Assembly (NCBI GenBank): GCA_964489755.1
Contig: CAZBBE010000002.1
Span: 1-36,479, forward strand
Origin: an uncultured bacterium
GTDB lineage: Bacteria > Fidelibacterota > Marinisomatia > Marinisomatales > AB-629-J13
Direction of reading: 5' to 3'
DNA length: 36,479 nucleotides
Position numbers and translations under genes: made by a program. Below are positions 20,795 to 28,512 of this stretch, in pieces; positions within the stretch are counted from its first letter, which is position 1; each line of letters starts with the position of its first letter. The notes beneath the pieces are model-generated. The model did no database searches and was not told the origin of the DNA. It was given only the letters and a program-made list of their open reading frames with translations.

Positions 20795-21539
20795 ACCAAA
20801 TCAACTAAAACGAAAACGGTTTGACAAAAGGGTAATCCCAAATTTGTTAACGGTAATAAACATGTTTTTAGGATTTTTTTCTATTGGATTACTCTTCAGT
20901 GGAAGACCGGTTCACGCTGGATGGATTATTCTTATTGCCGGAGCTTTTGATGCTGTGGACGGAAAAATAGCGAGACTGTTAAATATTCCTTCAAGGTTCG
21001 GCACCGAATTTGATTCTTTCGCTGATACAATTTCATTTTGTGCATCCCCATCCTTATTAATCTATACGGTTTATGTTCATGGGATGGATCCTCTTTTAGC
21101 CGGAATCATCAGTTTTATGCCACTCATGTTTGGCACAATTAGATTGGCACGTTTCAATATAGATTATTCAGAGAAACAAACCTTTTTTACGGGACTTCCT
21201 ACACCGGTAAATGCATTATCGCTTTACGGATTCATGCTGTTTCATTACCAATTAAATGGGACGATGGGAGACCCAAGGGTCATTCTTGTTTTGATGGTTA
21301 TTCTTAGCTTCCTCATGGTTAGTCCGCTGCGATTCAATAAACTCCCCTTGTTATCTTTTAAAAAAGGAAAAACGAATTCCATTAGATTGATTGGGTTAGC
21401 CATTTTAATATTTACCCTTCTCTTATGGAGAGGATTGATATTATTTCCTTTTCTGATGGGGTATATTATCTATAATATTATGAATTGGGTTATAAAAAAT
21501 AGACTCACTGCATCTGAAATTAAGGATTTTAAAAACTAG
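20778..21539 (+). CDS. pssA: CDP-diacylglycerol--serine O-phosphatidyltransferase
   Basis: CDP-alcohol phosphatidyltransferase motif DAVDGKIARL....S.FG.EFDSFAD. Multi-TM. ATG 20778 is preferred over the GTG 20751 of the ORF track. Confidence 0.88.
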   Translation: MRLKHKPNQLKRKRFDKRVIPNLLTVINMFLGFFSIGLLFSGRPVHAGWIILIAGAFDAVDGKIARLLNIPSRFGTEFDSFADTISFCASPSLLIYTVYVHGMDPLLAGIISFMPLMFGTIRLARFNIDYSEKQTFFTGLPTPVNALSLYGFMLFHYQLNGTMGDPRVILVLMVILSFLMVSPLRFNKLPLLSFKKGKTNSIRLIGLAILIFTLLLWRGLILFPFLMGYIIYNIMNWVIKNRLTASEIKDFKN

Positions 21540-21549
21540 GCAGATCCCA

Positions 21550-21837
21550 ATGAATAAACGAACACTTGGATTCATTTTTATCGTACTTTTCAGCGGTGCA
21601 GTAATCGGTTCTGTGCTGGGTGAACTCATTGGTTGGATAATGCCGGATGGTGTTGTAAAGAAATTTTTTCTCACGGGAATTGAATTAGATTTAGCCGGAT
21701 TAAGCGGTTTTGATTCAGGAGTTATGGTCCTTAATTTAATTGTATTAACTCTTAAGTTCGGGTTGTCGGTTTCATTGAATTTTATAGGGTTGGTGGGATT
21801 GGCAACAGCCTATTATTTCTTAAGATATTTTCGGTAA
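21550..21837 (+). CDS. Small membrane protein (DUF4321-like)
   Basis: 95 aa with two or three hydrophobic segments. Family assignment from memory only. Confidence 0.45.
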   Translation: MNKRTLGFIFIVLFSGAVIGSVLGELIGWIMPDGVVKKFFLTGIELDLAGLSGFDSGVMVLNLIVLTLKFGLSVSLNFIGLVGLATAYYFLRYFR

Positions 21838-21903
21838 TGGATATAAGGAATATTATCACTGTGAATTGTGCAATAATTTAATTTAAAGGAGCAGGTATAC
21901 TTC

Positions 21904-22140
21904 ATGAATATAGTAAAAGCAATGTTTAATCTTGGACCATGGGAAATCATCCTTATTTTATTGGTGGTTTTACTTTTGTTTGGTGCAAAAAGGCTTCCGG
22001 AACTTGCCAAAGCTTTAGCTCAGGGAATCAAAGAATTTAAAGGAGGCATGAAAGATGTGAAGCAGGAGATTGAAGATGCTACCGCAAATGATGACTCTAA
22101 TTCAGAGATTGAAAAGGAAAAAAATCAATCGGCTGAATAA
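21904..22140 (+). CDS. tatA: Sec-independent protein translocase subunit TatA/E
   Basis: LGPWEIILILLVVLLLFGAKRLPELAKALAQGIKEFK is a textbook TatA. AAGGAG lies 12 nt upstream of the ATG. Confidence 0.9.
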   Translation: MNIVKAMFNLGPWEIILILLVVLLLFGAKRLPELAKALAQGIKEFKGGMKDVKQEIEDATANDDSNSEIEKEKNQSAE

Positions 22141-22216
22141 TTTTATTTTGTATCTATATTGATGAATTATTGATATTCATTAAAACTTAATCCTTTTTAA
22201 CTTGTAACTCTCGAGT

Positions 22217-23185
22217 ATGAAATTTGCAAATCCCTGGTATTTATGTGCATTATTGCTCATTCCTCTAATGGAAATCTGGTATCGAAAATATGGCAAAAGC
22301 AAAGAAAGTGTCATAAATATATCTTCAAAAGAATTGATGATAGAATCTTTCATTACCGGTGGAAAATACAGACATTTGATTTTAAGAGTACTAGGTTTAA
22401 TTCTGTTATGTCTTATCATTCTTGGTCTTGCCAGGCCTCAACATGTGGACACATTAGAAAAAACCAAAGTGGAGGTAGTTGATATTGTTCTGGTTTTAGA
22501 TATTTCCAGCAGTATGCTGGCGGAAGATTTTAAACCCAATAGACTGGAAGCAGTCAAAAGAACTGCTGCACAATTTATCGAAAGTCGTTCCGGTGATAGA
22601 GTTGCATTGTTGGTCTTTGCTGGAGAAACATTTATTCAATGTCCTCTCACAGTTGATACGGAAGTTATTGGAAACTTATTAAGTGAAGTGACTGTTGCAG
22701 AGAGGGCTTATGACGGTACCGCAATCGGTATGGCAATTGTCAACGCAGTGAACAGACTTCGAGGAAGCACAGCCAAAAGTAAGGTAATGGTTCTGTTATC
22801 AGATGGAAGCAACAACGCTGGAGAACTGGACCCCCTGACAGCCGCAGATATTGCAACTGAATTTGACATAAAGATTTACACAATTGGAGCGGGAACAAAT
22901 CAGGCGACTACATTTATAACAAATCGAGGATATGTTAAAAATGAAATTGATGAAGAAACATTGAAAGAAATTGCCGCTCGAACTAAGGGCAAATATTTCC
23001 GTGCTACAGATGAGGAATCCCTGAGAGATGTTTATTCTGAAATTGACAATTTGGAGAGAACAGAAATTGAAGTAAAGGAATACACACGGTATAGGGAACT
23101 ATATAGTGTATTTTTTATTCCAGCATTGGTCATCGGCCTGTTCCATGAAATCTTGGAAAGGTTCATTTTTAAAAGAGGAATATAA
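22217..23185 (+). CDS. batA: BatA-type membrane-anchored von Willebrand factor A protein
   Basis: N-terminal F.NPW.L motif plus TM, a vWA MIDAS (DISSSM), a C-terminal TM, and its position in a batA-E-like cluster. Confidence 0.82.
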   Translation: MKFANPWYLCALLLIPLMEIWYRKYGKSKESVINISSKELMIESFITGGKYRHLILRVLGLILLCLIILGLARPQHVDTLEKTKVEVVDIVLVLDISSSMLAEDFKPNRLEAVKRTAAQFIESRSGDRVALLVFAGETFIQCPLTVDTEVIGNLLSEVTVAERAYDGTAIGMAIVNAVNRLRGSTAKSKVMVLLSDGSNNAGELDPLTAADIATEFDIKIYTIGAGTNQATTFITNRGYVKNEIDEETLKEIAARTKGKYFRATDEESLRDVYSEIDNLERTEIEVKEYTRYRELYSVFFIPALVIGLFHEILERFIFKRGI

Positions 23186-24204
23186 TGGATGTAAGATATC
23201 CCGTTGTATTTATCTTTCTGGTTGTGCTTGGCATTATCCTGTTTTTTGGAAAAAAAAGAAAGTCTATAACAAGTATGTTAAACATTCAATCTAACAATAT
23301 AAAAGACCAATTATTTGGAAATATAGATTTCAATAAGACAAATTGGCAAAAACGATGTCGTTTAGCGGGACTACTGTTTTTAATAATCTCTGCTTCTGGT
23401 ATCCAGATTGGGACACAAGTGAAACCGGTGGAGCGAAAAGGAGTTGATTTAATATTTTCTATGGATGTTTCCGTTAGTATGAATGCTGAAGACGTAAAAC
23501 CAAGCCGACTTGAAAAAGCAAAATTTGAGATTTCACAAATCATTCGCCAGCTCACAGGTGACCGTGTGGGAATCATCGTTTTTGCCGGAGCCAGTCACCT
23601 TTATTTACCCCTTACTTCTGATTACGAAGCCGCAATTTTATTTTTAAACGAGATAGATACGGAAATGATTTCCACACAGGGAACTGCCATCAGTTCTGCC
23701 CTTAATACGGGACTTTCTGCATTTTCAGATGAGAGTGAAAAATTCAAAGTATTAATTTTGGTCACGGATGGAGAGGACCATGAAGGAGAAGCAATTGGAA
23801 TTGCAGAAAAAGCAGCCCAGACCGGAATCATCATCCACACTGTCGGGGTTGGTTCCGTTTCGGGATCACTCATTCCGGTTTTGGATAAAGAAACAGGAGA
23901 CACGTCATACAAGAAAGATCGTCGGGGAAAATTTATTACATCCACCTTGAATGAAGGGGTCCTACAGAATATTGCCCGAGCAGGTAACGGTATTTATGTG
24001 CGATTTGACAATCGTGCAGCGAATTATAAGACAATCTCTCAAGAAATAAACCAGATGGAGAAAAAAACCATAAGCACTCATGAGTTTTCTGAATATGAGG
24101 ATCAATTTCAATTATTTGGAGTTATATCCTTATCCATGTTTTTAGCTGCATTTTTTATTCCGACAAAAAAAATAACTTCAAATGAGTCGGAGGAATTTAA
24201 TTGA
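23185..24204 (+). CDS. batB: BatB-type vWA protein
   Basis: TM, then vWA MIDAS (DVSVSM), VTDGEDHEG and a C-terminal TM. TAATG overlap with batA. Confidence 0.82.
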   Translation: MDVRYPVVFIFLVVLGIILFFGKKRKSITSMLNIQSNNIKDQLFGNIDFNKTNWQKRCRLAGLLFLIISASGIQIGTQVKPVERKGVDLIFSMDVSVSMNAEDVKPSRLEKAKFEISQIIRQLTGDRVGIIVFAGASHLYLPLTSDYEAAILFLNEIDTEMISTQGTAISSALNTGLSAFSDESEKFKVLILVTDGEDHEGEAIGIAEKAAQTGIIIHTVGVGSVSGSLIPVLDKETGDTSYKKDRRGKFITSTLNEGVLQNIARAGNGIYVRFDNRAANYKTISQEINQMEKKTISTHEFSEYEDQFQLFGVISLSMFLAAFFIPTKKITSNESEEFN

Positions 24205-25034
24205 AGTTTAATAGAATATTATTTTTAATCATTTTTTCTCTTTCGAGCACGATTTTAATAGCTGTTGATGATAAGGGTGTTCGCTATTTTAAGAATGGAG
24301 AATTTGAAAAAGCTCTGGGATATTATGAATCCATTTTGAGAAAACAAGTTGATAATAAAGAAGCGCAATTTGGATTAGGGACAACGTCATTTCAGACTCA
24401 GGACTTTATTGCATCTGAAGAAGCATTCAAGCAAGTATTGGAATCGGAAGATACTGAATTGCAATCTAAGGCGCATTACAACCTTGGCAATCTCTATTTT
24501 CAAAATCAGAAACTTGAAGAAAGTCTCGCCCATTATAAAAAATCAATTGAATTAAATCCTGCAGATCCAGAAGCAAAGTGGAATTATGAATTTGTTCAAA
24601 GAATGATGCAGGAACAATCTCAAAAAAACAAAGAATCGGATAATGACTCTCAGGAAAAAGACGAGAAAAACCCACAGGACAATCAATCACAAGATCAGAA
24701 GAAAGAGAAAAATAAAGAAAACCAGTCAGAAAAACAGAATGATGATGACTCTCAGGAAAACCATTCTGAACAAGCGGGAAAAAAAGAGCCAAACCAGGAA
24801 CAAAACAAGGATAAAAACACTAACAATTCACAAAAAGAAGATACAAATAACAAACCCCAGGAACAAATCCAACCCGAGCCAACCCCGGCTGAAAAGAATG
24901 AAGAAGGAGCCGATTCACTAAAAAACAAGATGAATGCGCAAGCCATTCTCAATGCATTAAAGGATAAAGAAAAAATTAATAAAAGACGCCAAATGAAAAA
25001 TGTGAAATCCAGAAAAACGGAAAAGGATTGGTAA
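24201..25034 (+). CDS. batC: BatC-type TPR protein with long Q/K/E/N-rich low-complexity tail
   Basis: Signal/anchor, TPR repeats (A..Y..S....P....A.F.LG...; HYNLGNLYF; Y.KSIELNP.D) and a charged low-complexity C-terminus. TTG start overlaps the batB stop. Confidence 0.7.
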   Translation: MKFNRILFLIIFSLSSTILIAVDDKGVRYFKNGEFEKALGYYESILRKQVDNKEAQFGLGTTSFQTQDFIASEEAFKQVLESEDTELQSKAHYNLGNLYFQNQKLEESLAHYKKSIELNPADPEAKWNYEFVQRMMQEQSQKNKESDNDSQEKDEKNPQDNQSQDQKKEKNKENQSEKQNDDDSQENHSEQAGKKEPNQEQNKDKNTNNSQKEDTNNKPQEQIQPEPTPAEKNEEGADSLKNKMNAQAILNALKDKEKINKRRQMKNVKSRKTEKDW

Positions 25035-25040
25035 CCAATT

Positions 25041-26786
25041 ATGAATCCAGTGGTTTATTTTTTGAAATATATTATTAATTATCTACCGTTATTGTTTGTT
25101 ATTCAATTGGCTTTTGGAGTAACTGTAAATGCAACGGTTGACCAAAATAAATTAACCTTAGATAATGTATTTGAATTCAAGGTTGATGCTATAGACGGTA
25201 GTGCATTACCACAGGTGGATATATCACCATTAAAGAAAAATTTTATAGTGGTAAACGGCCCCAGTCAGCAAACCAATATATCATGGATAAATGGGAAAAG
25301 GGCATCTATACATGGACTGTCCTGGACGTTATCTCCGAAGAAGATAGGAACATTATTTCTGCCCGCATTGACAGTGACCGTAGGAAAATCAAAACTCAAA
25401 ACAAAACCGATAAAATTACATGTATCAAAAAATCCTGTTAGTTCGAAATCAGGGAATTCCCAATCTTATTTTATTCGAGTGGAATTGGATAAGGATACAG
25501 CATTTTTAGGAGAACAAATCACTGTTACCTATCAATTATTTACCCGCACGGATTTATCCATAGAAAGTGTTGATTTACCTGAATTTGTTGGGTTTTGGAC
25601 GGAAAGTTTGTATTCTCCAAGACAGATAAATATGCGGGAGGTATCCTACAACGGAGTTCGATATAAAAAAGCAAAATTATATACTGTCGCTTTGTTTCCG
25701 ACGAAAATAGGAAAAATTACTATAGCTCCCTATACAATTAATTCAAAAGTCTATGTGGAGAATAAGAAATCAAAAAGGCGAGATCATTTTTTTGATGTTT
25801 TTGATTCATATTCTTCCAGGCAGGCGATTCGAAAAGTGATAAAATCTGAAACAAAAACAATTAATGTACTGCCATACCCTGATGGTAAACCTGATGATTT
25901 TACCGGAGCAGTGGGGAATTATACTGTTAAAACGTCCGTAGATGTTCAAAAGGTAAAAGCGAATGAAGCATTAACTTTTAATATCGAAGTGAAAGGAATG
26001 GGAAATCTTTCATTGTTCAGTTTGCCGGAATTAGCATTTCCAAAAACATTAGAGGTGTTTCCGCCGGTAAGTGAAATAAATAAAGATTCATTTCGCGATG
26101 AGATCTCGGGAACATTACAATGGGAGTATGTGGTTATTCCCCGTCAATCAGGTAGGTTTAATCTTCCTAGAGTAGAACTTCCTTTCTTTGACCCAAAGAC
26201 TACCACATGGAAAAGAGCTAAAGCTCACTCAATTCAGATTTCGGTTTCTCCCGGGTCTGTTCCCATCGGTTCTCCGGAGGGTTTAACAAAACAGGAGGTA
26301 GCACTGCTTGGGAAAGATATTCGTTATCACAGAACAACAGTACCCAAATGGAATCAGAAAAAACGTTTACCTATTGTGGCAGTTTTATTTTATTCTTTTG
26401 CTGTTTGTGGTTTTATTTTTCCCAGCATGGTAAACACCTACCAGAAAAAACACTTTGAAGGGATGGACGTACGCCAATCCAAAAAAGCGCTTAAAAAGGC
26501 GTTAAGTTCCCTTCAAAATTGGGGAGAGAATGAAATTGATATGAGTGCTTCCGTCCTTTATACATATTTAAAAGAAAAATTTTATCTCCAAACTGACAAG
26601 ATGGATCCAACCACGGTTCAGACAATTCTGGGAAATTATATCCCTGAACATGAAATGAATGAATTAATTCAGTTATTATACCGATGTGATGCGGGTCGTT
26701 TTTCTCCTCAAACGGTAACATTTAAAAATGATATTATCCCTGCCGCAATTTCTATTTTGAAGAAGATTGATAAATATGGCGTATAG
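25041..26786 (+). CDS. batD: BatD-type (oxygen-tolerance) protein
   Basis: 581 aa with a signal peptide, repeated beta-rich modules and a late TM segment (LPIVAVLFYSFAVCGFIF), as in BatD. Position in the cluster. Confidence 0.68.
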   Translation: MNPVVYFLKYIINYLPLLFVIQLAFGVTVNATVDQNKLTLDNVFEFKVDAIDGSALPQVDISPLKKNFIVVNGPSQQTNISWINGKRASIHGLSWTLSPKKIGTLFLPALTVTVGKSKLKTKPIKLHVSKNPVSSKSGNSQSYFIRVELDKDTAFLGEQITVTYQLFTRTDLSIESVDLPEFVGFWTESLYSPRQINMREVSYNGVRYKKAKLYTVALFPTKIGKITIAPYTINSKVYVENKKSKRRDHFFDVFDSYSSRQAIRKVIKSETKTINVLPYPDGKPDDFTGAVGNYTVKTSVDVQKVKANEALTFNIEVKGMGNLSLFSLPELAFPKTLEVFPPVSEINKDSFRDEISGTLQWEYVVIPRQSGRFNLPRVELPFFDPKTTTWKRAKAHSIQISVSPGSVPIGSPEGLTKQEVALLGKDIRYHRTTVPKWNQKKRLPIVAVLFYSFAVCGFIFPSMVNTYQKKHFEGMDVRQSKKALKKALSSLQNWGENEIDMSASVLYTYLKEKFYLQTDKMDPTTVQTILGNYIPEHEMNELIQLLYRCDAGRFSPQTVTFKNDIIPAAISILKKIDKYGV

Positions 26787-27513
26787 ATATATTATTTGTT
26801 TAGTCATATCCTTTGGATTAAGTCAAAATGCAGATTCATTATTTATGCAGGGCAGCTCTTATTTGGAATCAGGAAAATATGAGAAAGCGGTTGTGATGTT
26901 TGAAACAATATTAAATCAGGGATTTTTCCATGAAGATCTATACTATAATTTGGGAAATTCATACTACAGGTCAGGGAGTTATGGTCAAACAATTTGGGCT
27001 TACGAAAAAGCTATGGAATTAAATCCTCTGGATGGAGATACAAAATTCAATCTTGCCATTGCTAACACTTATGTAAAAGATCGAATTCCAGTCCCCGAAA
27101 CTCTTTTCCTTCTCAAGTGGTACAGGTTGCTCAAATCTTCTTTAACGTTTTCCCAATTTTTATCTATTTCAGCTTTATTTATTCTGTTGGCCTCGATTTA
27201 TTACCTTGTGGTCAAAGTTTTTCGAATTGATTTCAGTTGGCTTCCCTTTAAAATATTTTTATTTTGTTCATTTTTTCTACATGGGATTCTCCTCGATAAA
27301 TATTGGGAAATATCAGAAAAAAATGAAGGAATTATCACTGCTTATGAAGTGGAAGCATTCTCGGGTCCTTTTGTCCGCAGTGATGCTGTTTTATTCAAAA
27401 TGCATGAGGGGATTAAGGTATCCATTGACCATGACCAAGGAGGCTGGGTAGAAATATCATTATTGGATGGAAAAAAGGGTTGGATAAAAATCAATCAGTT
27501 GAGACTTTTATGA
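26776..27513 (+). CDS. batE: BatE-type TPR protein with C-terminal SH3-like domain
   Basis: TPR (YYNLGNSYYRSGSYGQTIWAYEKAMELNP.D), TM segments and a C-terminal SH3b-like stretch (GWVEISLLDGKKGWI). ATG 26776 is preferred over TTG 26767. Confidence 0.65.
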   Translation: MAYRYIICLVISFGLSQNADSLFMQGSSYLESGKYEKAVVMFETILNQGFFHEDLYYNLGNSYYRSGSYGQTIWAYEKAMELNPLDGDTKFNLAIANTYVKDRIPVPETLFLLKWYRLLKSSLTFSQFLSISALFILLASIYYLVVKVFRIDFSWLPFKIFLFCSFFLHGILLDKYWEISEKNEGIITAYEVEAFSGPFVRSDAVLFKMHEGIKVSIDHDQGGWVEISLLDGKKGWIKINQLRLL

Positions 27514-27980
27514 ACCAATCAGGAGAAAATTTCTTGAAATGGAGCATAATGATGTTAATTGTCACTACACTTTTCTGTCAGACGAAGGAAGAATTTGATT
27601 CGTCCCGACTGAAGGATATTCCACCGAAATGGCCTCAAATAAACCATTCTTTTATAAAACATAAACCAGCATATCTGGATTCTTCAGTTTTGTATACAGC
27701 GCTGAAGAAAATGGACGGATTTAGAGTCCAAGTTTTTGCGACCCGGTTTTCCCATTCTGCTGATAGTATGAAAGCTGTCCTGGAGGAAAGAGTAAATGAT
27801 GATGTGTTTATTGTCTTTGATGCTCCGGTTTACAAGATAAGAGTGGGAAACTTTGTCTCTCGGAATAAAGCAGAAAATATGAAAATAAGTTTAGTTAAAC
27901 ATGGTTATGATACCGCCTGGATAGTCCGTTCAAAAGTATTCGCTAGAAAATATCAGTTGATTGAGACGAGAAAACACTAA
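27510..27980 (+). CDS. SPOR (peptidoglycan-binding) domain protein
   Basis: TM anchor, then GFRVQVFATR....A..........DVFIVFDAPVYKIRVGNF..R..AE.....VKHGY..AWIV. ATGA overlap with the batE stop. Confidence 0.7.
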   Translation: MNQSGENFLKWSIMMLIVTTLFCQTKEEFDSSRLKDIPPKWPQINHSFIKHKPAYLDSSVLYTALKKMDGFRVQVFATRFSHSADSMKAVLEERVNDDVFIVFDAPVYKIRVGNFVSRNKAENMKISLVKHGYDTAWIVRSKVFARKYQLIETRKH

Positions 27981-28048
27981 TAACTTTTAAACTTGAATTT
28001 GTTTATTCGTGAACTTTTGAATTATTGTAAGATTCAACAAAATATTCT

Positions 28049-28121
28049 GGGGCCGTAGCTCAGTTGGGAGAGCGCCTGAATGGCATTCAGGAGGTCGTCG
28101 GTTCGATCCCGTCCGGCTCCA
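28049..28121 (+). tRNA. tRNA-Ala (anticodon GGC)
   Basis: Hand-folded cloverleaf: acceptor GGGGCCG/CGGCTCC with the G3:U70 Ala identity pair, anticodon loop AT-GGC-AT, T-loop TTCGATC, discriminator A. One U50-U64 mismatch in the T stem. CCA is not encoded. Confidence 0.9.
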
Positions 28122-28162
28122 CTGAATATTTTTAGTAAAAGTAGGATAGTATCGAAGGATAT

Positions 28163-28486
28163 ATGAGTGTGAATTCAAAATTGGTTTATTCGACAGATCC
28201 CGACCTGTGTTTAGATGGAAAAGAAACAAAAAATAATATTGCTAATTCTGATCAGGATTTACGCATTTGGTTGGAAAACAAACCTGGGGGGAAAAAAGCA
28301 ACCATAGTGCGGGGATTTAACGGTTCTAAAATGGAATTGAAAAAATTGGGTAAAATATTAAGATCTTTGTGCCACGTGGGAGGAACAGAAAAGAAAGGAG
28401 AAATCATGATACAGGGGAATGTAAGAAATCAGGTCTATGACTATTTAATTAAAAATGGATATAATGCTAAATTAAGCGGTGGATAA
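28163..28486 (+). CDS. yciH: SUI1/eIF1-family translation initiation factor YciH
   Basis: 107 aa: VYSTDPD..., GGKKATIVRGF, L.K.L...C..GGT.K.GEI.IQG..R..V...L...GY. Confidence 0.88.
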   Translation: MSVNSKLVYSTDPDLCLDGKETKNNIANSDQDLRIWLENKPGGKKATIVRGFNGSKMELKKLGKILRSLCHVGGTEKKGEIMIQGNVRNQVYDYLIKNGYNAKLSGG

Positions 28487-28512
28487 TAGGAAAATAAAAT
28501 TGAAAGGAAGTT

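Noticed and set aside
21550-22140. The DUF4321-like ORF and tatA share a frame, so readthrough was considered
   Set aside because: The first ORF ends in TAA (21835-21837) and another in-frame TAA follows within 12 nt. tatA has its own strong AAGGAG ribosome-binding site.
22243-22482. 79-aa alternative-frame + ORF, and the 22180-22419 minus ORF, at the batA 5' end
   Set aside because: Both overlap the batA frame, which carries the conserved N-terminal motif and TM segment. Neither has a motif of its own.
27987-28229. 80-aa minus-strand ORF
   Set aside because: It runs through the reverse complement of tRNA-Ala (WSRTGSNRRPPECHSGALPTELRPQ is the translated tRNA) and overlaps the yciH start, so it is spurious.
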